A DNA stretch of 44,717 bases, from contig JBOHVJ010000165.1 in the NCBI GenBank assembly GCA_050735075.1, positions 1-44,717 on the forward strand, given 5' to 3'. This document shows, piece after piece, positions 8,348 to 16,547 of the stretch. The notes beneath the pieces were generated by a model. The model was given only the letters and a program-made list of their open reading frames with translations. It searched no databases and had not been told where the DNA came from. Both the position numbers and the translations under genes were made by a program. The DNA comes from Candidatus Binatia bacterium. Lineage in GTDB: Bacteria > Desulfobacterota > Binatia > UBA9968. Numbering within the stretch: position 1 is the stretch's first letter; the number at the start of each line of letters is the position of its first letter.

Positions 8348-8682
8348 TTACTTAGCCCGTCGCATCAGAATCACTTCTCGCAGGCGGCGTTTAGCCAACT
8401 CTATCTCTCGCTTTGGAGTCTTGCGGGTCTTTTTCTGGAACGCGTGCAAGACATAAATGCCTTCGCTGAACTTGGCAATGTAGAAACCCGGTGCTCAAGC
8501 CCCGTGTGGATCCGAAGCTCAGCCGCGCCGGGACCGATGCTTGGCATCGGCTTCCAGTCTGCTGGGTCTAGGCCGAGTTGCACAAGATGGAGCTGGTGTC
8601 CGGCTATGCGTCGGGCGTTCTTAGGAAACGCTCTGAGGTCGTTGAGAGACGATCCGACCCAGAAGACCGGTTTCTCAGCCAC
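8348..8682 (-). pseudogene. higB: Gp49/HigB-like RelE-superfamily toxin with a 1-nt frameshift
   Basis: The GTG-start ORF reads MAEKPVFWVGSSLNDLRAFPKNARRIAGHQLHLVQLGLDPADWKPMPSIGPGAAELRIHTGLEHRV and then leaves the family. The +1 frame continues FYIAKFSEGIYVLHAFQKKTRKTPKREIELAKRRLREVILMRRAK and stops at 8348, which is the canonical C-terminus. The shift sits at the T-run (plus-strand AAA at 8484-8486). Confidence 0.75.
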
Positions 8683-8687
8683 AGCAG

Positions 8688-8716
8688 AGTATACAAATAT
8701 TTGTATATGATCGCAA
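8688..8716 (-). promoter_or_regulatory. Putative higBA promoter (TTGCGA-N17-TATACT) overlapped by a perfect 18-bp palindromic operator
   Basis: On the minus strand, TTGCGA (8716-8711) is followed by a 17-nt spacer and TATACT (8693-8688). The GTG start is only 5 nt further, so the mRNA is possibly leaderless. The palindrome TATACAAATATTTGTATA occupies 8690-8707. Confidence 0.4.
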
Positions 8717-8741
8717 CACTAAGGACCGGGGGTGCTAAACA

Positions 8742-8793
8742 CTGCGCTTAAGACCGGTCGCTTAGCACCGACAGCTGAGCTTGGGCATCAGGC
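8742..8793. repeat. Right copy of the imperfect ~50-bp direct repeat, contiguous with the right 39-bp repeat
   Basis: See 7984-8033. Confidence 0.7.
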
Positions 8794-8832
8794 GGTTCAT
8801 GCCTTAAAGCTCCTCAGCACCTCGTCGTAGAG
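8794..8832. repeat. Right copy of the perfect 39-bp direct repeat (the functional 3' end of larC)
   Basis: Identical to 7902-7940. It encodes ...LYDEVLRSFKA* on the minus strand. Confidence 0.95.
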
Positions 8833-9960
8833 GGTTTTCAAAGGTATCTTTTTAGCCTGGGCAATTCGCCTCAGGTCTTCGTATTCGGGTGTCGCTCTTT
8901 TTGTCCCGTCTGGTTCTTCGATAACTTTGAGCTTTACCGTGCCGAATCTGGTTTTAACTGTTGAGAGCCTGCGTTTCAGGATCACCCGCTTAACCGGATA
9001 ATAACGGAGGCCGATGGTTGAGGTCTCCTGAAAGATGATCTGTGCAAGCTTCTCTCTGAGCGGTGGCTCGGCAATGATCCTGAGTAGGGTACCCGGTCGG
9101 TTCTTCTTCATCTGAATCGGTGATAGAAAAACGTCGCGTGCCCCTGCGGCAAAGAGACGATCCACGACATAATCATAAAACTCCGGGTTCATATCGTCGA
9201 TATTGGTCTCTATGATGAGCATCTCATCCTGCCCCCCAGCTGTATCGTCCTGACCCAGGAGGAGACGGAAGAGGTTGGGACGATCAGGAAACTCTCTTTC
9301 GCCGGCGCCGTAACCAATCCTTTCGATGATCATCCGCGGTGCCTCCCCGAAACGAGATCCCAGGGCAGCCATGACGGCGGCGCCTGTGGGTGTAACTGTC
9401 TCGCCATCTAGGTGGGTCCATTGGACCGGAAGACCTTTCAGAAGCTCGAGTGTGGCAGGCCCAGGAAGAGGCAAAAGGCCGTGTCTGGAGCGGGTTAGAC
9501 CTCGCCCTAGGGGTATGCGGGAAAAGCAAAAGGATTCAATGTTCAAGTAATGGGTTCCAATGGCTGTGGCCATGATGTCGACGATGGAATCGGTAGCGCC
9601 GACCTCGTGGAAGTGGACCTTATCGGGCGGGACGCCATGGATCTTTCCCTCCGCCTCTGCCAATCGACCGAAGATCTTGAGTCCCCGCTCTGTAACCTCG
9701 GGAGCTAAGGAACTCTGCTCAACCAAGCGGCGGATCTGCTTCCAGGTCCGCTCAGCTTCTTTCTTGGGCGATACTACACGGAAGCGGGTCGCGCGGATGC
9801 CGTGAAGGCTCTTTTTTGTGACCTCAATGCGGAAGCTTAACGAAGGGATTTTCCCAAGCTCTGCCTTTAGCTCCTTTATAGGGAGGCCGAGGTCGAGGAG
9901 CGCGCCCACGACCATGTCTCCGCTGATTCCCGATATCAAGTCGCCATAGGCAATCCTCAT
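8797..9960 (-). CDS. larC: Nickel-pincer cofactor biosynthesis protein LarC (DUF111 family)
   Basis: The N-terminus MRIAYGDLISGISGDMVVGALLDLG and the overall length of 387 aa match the LarC signature. Confidence 0.85.
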   Translation of the reverse strand: MRIAYGDLISGISGDMVVGALLDLGLPIKELKAELGKIPSLSFRIEVTKKSLHGIRATRFRVVSPKKEAERTWKQIRRLVEQSSLAPEVTERGLKIFGRLAEAEGKIHGVPPDKVHFHEVGATDSIVDIMATAIGTHYLNIESFCFSRIPLGRGLTRSRHGLLPLPGPATLELLKGLPVQWTHLDGETVTPTGAAVMAALGSRFGEAPRMIIERIGYGAGEREFPDRPNLFRLLLGQDDTAGGQDEMLIIETNIDDMNPEFYDYVVDRLFAAGARDVFLSPIQMKKNRPGTLLRIIAEPPLREKLAQIIFQETSTIGLRYYPVKRVILKRRLSTVKTRFGTVKLKVIEEPDGTKRATPEYEDLRRIAQAKKIPLKTLYDEVLRSFKA

Positions 9961-10028
9961 CCTGCACCTGTTTTTGACTCAGCCAAATTCGGGTTGTTAA
10001 GAAGCCATTGCGTACTTGAACAAACTTA

Positions 10029-11240
10029 TTACCAGTCCGTGTGCACCTCTCTGCCGCTCAGCTCCGCAAGGATTTTTTCTGGCTTAAAAGTTTTGCCGTC
10101 GAGTCTATCTTTGAGCCAGTTTACAATAATCGTCCGGGCCCGCGGGTTGCGAATAGAGTGTTTTTCCCCTTCGTATACCACTAAAAGTTTGGGCCCGCGG
10201 ATCTCATCCATTAATTGATGAACAAACTCAATCGGGCAAAGCTCGTCGTCTTCGCCCGCAACGATAAGGTAGGGGCAGGTTACTTTTGAGCCCAGCCCTT
10301 TCAGGGTCAAGGTCTTGGCGAATTCGTCAAAGGCCGCCTCATCGTCATATCCCGCCATATACATATAGTTGAGCTTGAAGGTAGGCGAGGCGGTATTGAA
10401 GATCGAGTATTGTCCCGGTTCGACACAGACTCCGCTCACGGCGCAGGCCTTAAAGCGGGGTTCAGCAGAAGCGACCCTCGTGCCCCAGTAAGAACCCATG
10501 CTGGAGCCGAAGATGGCCAGCCTGTTGGCGTCGATCTCGGCGCGTTTTGAGAGATACTCGCATGCTGCCTTTCCTGCATCTTCATAGTTCGACGCAGTAC
10601 ATTTAATGCCTCTAGACCTAGCCTCTCCCTGTCCTGGACCGTCAATGGAGAGAAGGGCTACCCCCCGCTCCAGAAATGGATCGCTGTGCAAAGGCGTGTC
10701 CTCTTTGACCCCGTCCATGCCCGGGATAGAAAGGACGCAAGGGAATTTTTCCCCTGGGTTTCTTCGCGGAGGCAAGTGAAGCAGCGCCGGAAGGGACTTT
10801 CCTTCGAAGGGCAGCTCCACGCGCTCAATAGGTCGGTTGGCGAACTGGATGAATTTGTCGTAGCAGGCCCTCTTCCTTTCCCCCCATGCGATCCTCTTGG
10901 GGTTTTCATCCTCGTAGATCGCCCACTGCGCATTGGTGTAAAAGGTCGCCGCGACGTAATAGTGCTCGCCGGCCTCTACCTCGTGTCCAGCCTTTTCCGA
11001 GACCGATGCCAGCTCCTCCCGGCGTTGAGCCGCCCGGGAAAACTCCCGCGGGATGTCCATAAATTTCTGCACCCTCCGGCCAATCTCCTGAAGCTCGCCG
11101 GCCACGCTTGGGCCACAGTTGCGTAAGACCTTGCCCGTCCGGCCTTGATCCCAATCAAGACCTCTTGTTTGGATCACCTGATCGAGGAGCCATCTCTGCT
11201 CCCGCCAGCGCCTCATCTTTCTCTCAGTCTCAACTCGCAT
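10029..11240 (-). CDS. Alpha/beta-fold hydrolase (DHPON-hydrolase/dienelactone-hydrolase-like)
   Basis: Nucleophile elbow GSSMGSYWG, preceded by a helical N-terminal domain. I chose the start at ATG 11240 (MRVETERK...) with GGAGGTG 5-6 nt upstream. The ORF-track start at 11300 is 20 codons longer. Confidence 0.7.
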   Translation of the reverse strand: MRVETERKMRRWREQRWLLDQVIQTRGLDWDQGRTGKVLRNCGPSVAGELQEIGRRVQKFMDIPREFSRAAQRREELASVSEKAGHEVEAGEHYYVAATFYTNAQWAIYEDENPKRIAWGERKRACYDKFIQFANRPIERVELPFEGKSLPALLHLPPRRNPGEKFPCVLSIPGMDGVKEDTPLHSDPFLERGVALLSIDGPGQGEARSRGIKCTASNYEDAGKAACEYLSKRAEIDANRLAIFGSSMGSYWGTRVASAEPRFKACAVSGVCVEPGQYSIFNTASPTFKLNYMYMAGYDDEAAFDEFAKTLTLKGLGSKVTCPYLIVAGEDDELCPIEFVHQLMDEIRGPKLLVVYEGEKHSIRNPRARTIIVNWLKDRLDGKTFKPEKILAELSGREVHTDW

Positions 11241-11618
11241 AAAGCACCTCCTTGTATCAGGCCCATTAACTTCGCCTGACCTCCTTGCGGCGTGCTGCAA
11301 TAATCAATGAAGTAAAAGTTGCCTTGGTGAGCTAGACTGTAGACAAAATGAATTAGGATGGCAATGGGGACCATGGACAGAAATAGTTGACCCCCTTTGT
11401 AGGAGGGACTCCACTAGTGGGCTTCCATCGTCAAAGATCCAAGATCCGCGTCACATTCGGGACCGATGACTAACAACACGATCTTCCACCTAGAGTTAGT
11501 TGAGGCTGCAACAAGGTCGGGAAAGACCTCCAATTTCTGCTTGACTTCCATCCTTAGAATCCAATAGCGTTGGGGCAGGCGAATTCCTATCATTTTTCAT
11601 TAGAGGAGGATTTCAACC

Positions 11619-12788
11619 ATGGTAATGCTAGGCACCGACATGAAGGTTGCCGAGACCCCGAAGGAGGGCCTCGAAGAGTACAGGACAGCCGACGCCTACG
11701 AGGCGTGGCTGAAGAAGGAAGGTGTGAAAGTCTATGAGGAGTTCTACTTCCCGAGCCTTTCGGAGCTCGAGCTGGGGCCGTGGCCCCGTAAGGGGGGCGA
11801 CGGCGCAGTCATCCACATCGCCAGCCGCCATATGCCCAACGACTGTCACGTGGTCGAGATCAGGCCTGGGGGCAAGTCCGAGCCGGAGCACCATATGTAC
11901 GAGCTCACGATCTATGTGGTCTCGGGCCGCGGTGGAACGACGATCTGGCAAGATGAGAAGGATGAGAAGCGCAAGCGGACTTTCGAGTGGCACGCCGGAA
12001 GCCTCTTTTGCATTCCGCTCAACGCCTGGTACCAGAACTTCAACGGCAGCGGCCACGAGCCTGCCCGCTACATCGCCGTGACCAACGCGCCCCCCATGAT
12101 GCGCCTGTTCCGGGACCACGATTTCATATTCAACACCGATTTCAAGTTCCGCTCCCGCTACGCGGGCGAGGAGGACTACTTCAGCGGTAAGGGCAAGCTC
12201 TTCAAGCGGCGGATATGGCAGTCCAACTTCATCGCCAACGCGCCGGACATGCTCTTGTACGGCTGGAAGGAGCGGGGCGCCGGCGGCATCAACGCGATGC
12301 TGGAGATGGGCGACAACAACATGAAGAGCCACATGTCCGAGTTCCCCCTAGGCACATACAAGAAAGCCCATCGCCATGGCCCGGGCGCGCACCTGGTGTT
12401 GCTCAGCGGCAGCGGAGGCTACTCTTTGGTCTGGACCAAGGAGGACCGCTCCGACATGATCAAGTGCGATTGGCAGCTCGGGTCCATGGTCACCGTCCCT
12501 AGCGACAACTGCTTCCACCAGCACTTCAACACCGGGACCAATCGGGCCCGCTATCTGGCGCTGCGGTCGGGCGATATGGGCGTCAACTCGCCCCGGGGCG
12601 GCGGCGGGGAGTACGCGGACCGGAGCATGAAGGAGGGCGGCTGGCAGATCGAGTACGAGGACGAAGACCGCGACATCCACGAGCTCTTCGAGAAGGAGCT
12701 CGCGGCCCACGGCGCAACGTGCAGGATGAAGACGTTCGTCCCCTGGTGCAGCGGCGAGGTGGGACCGACGAGCGAGCGAGATACCTAG
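11619..12788 (+). CDS. Bicupin protein (gentisate-dioxygenase-like fold)
   Basis: Two cupin motifs are present: PGGKSEPEHHMYELTIYVVSGRG and KAHRHGPGAHLVLLSGSGG. AGGAGG lies upstream of the ATG. The gene is GC-rich. Confidence 0.65.
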   Translation: MVMLGTDMKVAETPKEGLEEYRTADAYEAWLKKEGVKVYEEFYFPSLSELELGPWPRKGGDGAVIHIASRHMPNDCHVVEIRPGGKSEPEHHMYELTIYVVSGRGGTTIWQDEKDEKRKRTFEWHAGSLFCIPLNAWYQNFNGSGHEPARYIAVTNAPPMMRLFRDHDFIFNTDFKFRSRYAGEEDYFSGKGKLFKRRIWQSNFIANAPDMLLYGWKERGAGGINAMLEMGDNNMKSHMSEFPLGTYKKAHRHGPGAHLVLLSGSGGYSLVWTKEDRSDMIKCDWQLGSMVTVPSDNCFHQHFNTGTNRARYLALRSGDMGVNSPRGGGGEYADRSMKEGGWQIEYEDEDRDIHELFEKELAAHGATCRMKTFVPWCSGEVGPTSERDT

Positions 12789-12814
12789 GGTGCAATTCGC
12801 CGTTGGCCTCCGAA

Positions 12815-12859
12815 GCGTTTAAGTCGTTCAAATCGTTCAAATCGTTCAAGCCGTTCAAG
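12815..12859. repeat. Tandem repeat of 5 x 9 bp (consensus TCGTTCAAR)
   Basis: GCGTTTAAG TCGTTCAAA TCGTTCAAA TCGTTCAAG CCGTTCAAG, in the convergent intergenic region. Confidence 0.9.
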
Positions 12860-12943
12860 GGGTCTTCTCTCGCCCCCGTCTTTGCGAGACACGAGCTAAC
12901 CGTTGAATGCAAAGTTCCTGACCTTGCTGGCGAAACTTCCACG

Positions 12944-12961
12944 TTTTCGGAATTCCGAAAA
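12944..12961. repeat. Perfect 18-bp palindrome TTTTCGGAATTCCGAAAA
   Basis: Read directly. It lies between the convergent genes at 11619..12788 (+) and 13069..15099 (-). Confidence 0.9.
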
Positions 12962-13068
12962 TGAGAAAATGTCGCTACGGAGCTGTGGAGAGGTAAAAAG
13001 TTGAAGAGTACGAGAAGAAATTCGCAGAGTGGGAAACTCTAATGCGGCAGCTCAGGAGATGTTAGGGC

Positions 13069-15099
13069 TCAGAGGAGGTTGCGCTTTACGCGGCGCTCCC
13101 AGGTGCGCGCGAAGAGCTGTTTTTGACCTTCGTATGCTGTGAGTTCAGCCTGCAGCAGGAACTGGTCTTGGGTCGAGGAAAAGCGAGTGTGCGTCTCAAC
13201 GCGGATCTTCCATGCGCCGCGGCGAAACAGGGTCTTCTGCATGACCTCGGCACGAGCCGACAGCGGATCCTCTTCGCGGATGCGAAAGCGCTTGAGCGTC
13301 GTATGCCCGACCTCGAGATCGATCGCCTCGATGTGTGCCAGCGCCTCGCCGTCGAAGTCGCCGCGACCGCTGGAGATGGTGTAGGTCGTTTCGTTGGTGG
13401 CGCGGTCACGCTCGATGATTCGCTTCAAGGGAGCGGGTCGAAGCTCGGTTGTCTCTGTTGGCGCGCGCTCGGGCGGTTCGAATGGCCTGAGTTCGGCGTC
13501 TCTCGGGTCCGGCGGTCGTACGGGAAGATCGACAAAGCTCTCGCCGGTAAAGAGGCTTACCATCGCAGGCTGCGGCGCCGGCCAGGCGATCGGCCAGTAA
13601 CTGGTGGAAATGGCAAGTCGCAGGGTGTGGCCTGTGGGAAATGCGTGCGCGGTATCGTTCATGGCCACGCGTACCCGGTAGCGCTTGCCCGGCTCCAACG
13701 GCTCAGGATGCTCGTGGCCGTTGCGGTGCGCGAGGTTAAGTAGCCCGTAGGTCACCCGGGTGGAGGCTCCGTCAGGGGCGACGTCGTTGAGGCGGACGGC
13801 GATAAGGGCGACGAGCTGGTTGGCCGCAAGCTCCAGCGTCGCCACCGGCGCACCCAGAATTTCCATCCGTTCCCGGAGCGGCTCCGAGTCAAACGTCAAC
13901 GAACAACCGTCGTCACCCCGCTGGTCTGGTGGCGCTTCTCCCGGCGTGCCGAACCCGCACCACTCGCCGGCGCTGAGCCCTGTCGTCTCAGGCGAGCGGA
14001 AGTCAAGCCGTGTTTTGAGGCTCGCGGAGCTGCTCAGCCGATCAGGATCGAGCCAATAACGCTTCAGCGTGATGCGCGGCGAGGGCCATTCCGTTTCTGC
14101 CGCCCAGCGGCCGGGGCGCTCTTCATAAAAAGGTCTCGGCGGGACGCTTTCCTGCATCCAGACGCGTAGCATAGGCTCCTCCATAATGCCGGTGTCGACG
14201 CCCTTCAACCAGTGATCCCACCAGCGCAGCGCCTCCTGCAGGAACCCGATGGCGGGACCGGGCACGCCGTCGTGCGGATAGAGGTGGGCCCAGGGGCCGA
14301 TGAGGCCTTTGCGCGGGGCCTTGAGGCCGGCCAGCAGCCGGGGAATCGCGTTGGTGTAAGCATCGGCCCAGCCGCTCATCGCATAGACCGGGCAGGTGAT
14401 GGCGCTGTAGTCCTCGCACACTGAGCCGTGCTTCCAGTAATCGTCGCGCCGGGGATGTCTGAGCCACAGTTCGGGAAAAAAGACGGCGTGCTCGAGACGG
14501 TTGAGCCACATGGCGCGCCAGCGCTCTCCGACCAGCTCGGGATCCGGCGGATAGGCGTTGTAGCTCATCAGCACCGAGCCCCAGGTCAGGTTTTCGTTCA
14601 GCAGGCAACCGCCCATGTAGTGCACGTCGTCGGCGTAGCGGTCGTCCGTGGAGCAGACGGTGATGATCGCCTTGAGTTCGGGCGGCCCGCGCGCCGCTAC
14701 TTGCAATGAGTTAAATCCGCCCCAGGATTTGCCCATCATGCCGATAGCGCCGCTGCACCACGGTTGTCCCGCGATCCAGCGGATCACGTCCAGCGCATCG
14801 TCCTGCTCTTGTCGCAAGTATTCGTCCAGCAAAAGGCCGTACGAATCGCCAGAGCCTCTGAGGTCCACGCGCACGGCGGCATATCCATGGCCGGCGAAGT
14901 AGTGGTGCATGGGTTCGTCCCGCGCACGCGTGAAGTCACGCTTGCGGTACGGGATGTATTCCAGGATCGCCGGTACCGGGGTCGTCTCCGCGTCGGCCGG
15001 CAGCCAGATGCGCGCGGCCAGACGACAACCGTCTGGCATTGGGATCCAGCAGTTTTCAATCACGCGCACGGCGTGGGGAAACCGCTCAACGATCTTCAT
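13069..15099 (-). CDS. CocE/NonD-family hydrolase (X-Pro dipeptidyl-peptidase S15-like)
   Basis: MPDGCRLAARIWLP...PAILEYIPYRKRD...VRVDLRGSGDSYG...MMGKSWGG (GxSxGG nucleophile), 676 aa. Confidence 0.8.
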   Translation of the reverse strand: MKIVERFPHAVRVIENCWIPMPDGCRLAARIWLPADAETTPVPAILEYIPYRKRDFTRARDEPMHHYFAGHGYAAVRVDLRGSGDSYGLLLDEYLRQEQDDALDVIRWIAGQPWCSGAIGMMGKSWGGFNSLQVAARGPPELKAIITVCSTDDRYADDVHYMGGCLLNENLTWGSVLMSYNAYPPDPELVGERWRAMWLNRLEHAVFFPELWLRHPRRDDYWKHGSVCEDYSAITCPVYAMSGWADAYTNAIPRLLAGLKAPRKGLIGPWAHLYPHDGVPGPAIGFLQEALRWWDHWLKGVDTGIMEEPMLRVWMQESVPPRPFYEERPGRWAAETEWPSPRITLKRYWLDPDRLSSSASLKTRLDFRSPETTGLSAGEWCGFGTPGEAPPDQRGDDGCSLTFDSEPLRERMEILGAPVATLELAANQLVALIAVRLNDVAPDGASTRVTYGLLNLAHRNGHEHPEPLEPGKRYRVRVAMNDTAHAFPTGHTLRLAISTSYWPIAWPAPQPAMVSLFTGESFVDLPVRPPDPRDAELRPFEPPERAPTETTELRPAPLKRIIERDRATNETTYTISSGRGDFDGEALAHIEAIDLEVGHTTLKRFRIREEDPLSARAEVMQKTLFRRGAWKIRVETHTRFSSTQDQFLLQAELTAYEGQKQLFARTWERRVKRNLL

Positions 15100-15151
15100 C
15101 GACGCTCCGTCTGCTCTGCATTATACTAGATTTCGAGCCCGGTTTTTGGAT

Positions 15152-16081
15152 TTACGCGGCTGCCCTGGCAGGGGGTGGGATTGACCGGAACATCAGTGCG
15201 AGTTGTTCGCGGACCTCAAATCCGGTCTTGAGATTCCAACAATTGATAATGGCGAGCCTGAACCCGCCCGGCGGCATCGTGTGCATTTCCGGAGGCCGGT
15301 CGTCGTGGAAGGTCAACTGAATGCTGGAAACCCCCCGCCACCTGAGAAATTCGTCCACGGCGCAGCGGTCTGGCTTCTCGTAATGAGGACCATGCGCTCC
15401 AAACAGCACGACGCTGTAGCCTATTCGGCGGGCTTCATTGCCAAGGCGCCAATGGCCGCTCGTATAGAGATCGACGACGGCTTCGATCCAACCCGGACCA
15501 TACAGGTCCGGCCACTGGTCGGCAAAGCGCAGGTGAGCCTCGATGATCTTAGCGCCAATGGTCTCAAAATTCACGCAGCCCGTATAACCCTTGAGGTGGC
15601 GGCGCAGCCAGTCGCCGCAGTACCGTTCGATCTCGGGCCGCGATTCCCCGAGGGTCACCCAGTAGTCGAACATGCCCCGCTCCAGAGCTTTGCCGATGGT
15701 GTGCTGCCACCACACCGGCTCGCCGTCGATCACGGCGGCATCGGTGCTCACGTGCTCGCCGGTCAGAAGCGCCATCCACATATGCCCGGGGTGGTGCGCA
15801 CCCTTAAACTGCTCGGGCGATTCAATGAGTTTGCCACCGCTGCCCATGCCTCGGAGATTATAGATTGGCTTGCTAAAAACGGGAAATTGTCGCGGCATGA
15901 TATCATGCGGGGCATTTTCCAGCCCTTGCGTTTCACAGATGAGAAGCTTGTTGTAGATCCAGCGGTGCTTGGGATATAGCTGGTAGGCAAGCTGGTCGTC
16001 GGTGGGGATGATGACATTGTCGGGACAGGAAACGGCGGTAAAATACTGAGTGCGCCAGGGATCTGTTTCTACGATCGGCAT
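15152..16081 (-). CDS. Hypothetical protein, possibly ATP-grasp-fold
   Basis: KPIYNLRGMGSGG ... NFETIGAKIIEAHLRFADQW resembles the nucleotide-binding and C-terminal strands of small ATP-grasp proteins. This is recollection only. Confidence 0.4.
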   Translation of the reverse strand: MPIVETDPWRTQYFTAVSCPDNVIIPTDDQLAYQLYPKHRWIYNKLLICETQGLENAPHDIMPRQFPVFSKPIYNLRGMGSGGKLIESPEQFKGAHHPGHMWMALLTGEHVSTDAAVIDGEPVWWQHTIGKALERGMFDYWVTLGESRPEIERYCGDWLRRHLKGYTGCVNFETIGAKIIEAHLRFADQWPDLYGPGWIEAVVDLYTSGHWRLGNEARRIGYSVVLFGAHGPHYEKPDRCAVDEFLRWRGVSSIQLTFHDDRPPEMHTMPPGGFRLAIINCWNLKTGFEVREQLALMFRSIPPPARAAA

Positions 16082-16547
16082 CGCTACACCACTCGCCGGG
16101 GCGGCTTGGTCGCCTGCCGAGCAGTATTTTCCCCATCGGGTAGGGGTTGCGCCAGGCGAGAGCTAGCAGTACATAAATAGAGAGCAGGCATGACTTTCCG
16201 TATCATTCGCTTAGGCTTCCAGGATTACAATTTTGTCCTTCATGATGGCCCTTTTTGTTTTCTCCATTTGCCTCGTGAAGAAACGAAACCCACCCGAGTA
16301 TGAGATAAGGCCTGGAAAAACCGATTGTTTCGGTTTCGGGTGCTCCACTTCTTCAAAGCGGTTGCACCCCTTGCTCCTTGTCATGTAGCAAAGAGAGGAC
16401 CATGTTACCTTGCTGCCGTTGAGTTGTCAGTGTAACTTGACAAACTTTGTGGGCGAGATGATATAAAAAGTAGTTCTGGCCAACTAGGCCTCCGTTGCTT
16501 TGTGGTAGGCGTTCACGGGAGATTCGCTAAGAGGCGAGGAAAAGGTA

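Noticed and set aside
12815-12859. A possible CRISPR array or minisatellite-encoded peptide (LNDLNDLND on the minus strand).
   Set aside because: The repeats are only 9 bp long and directly tandem, with no spacers, so this is not a CRISPR array. The antisense ORF 12583..12942 that contains them is a shadow of the GC-rich bicupin gene's 3' end.
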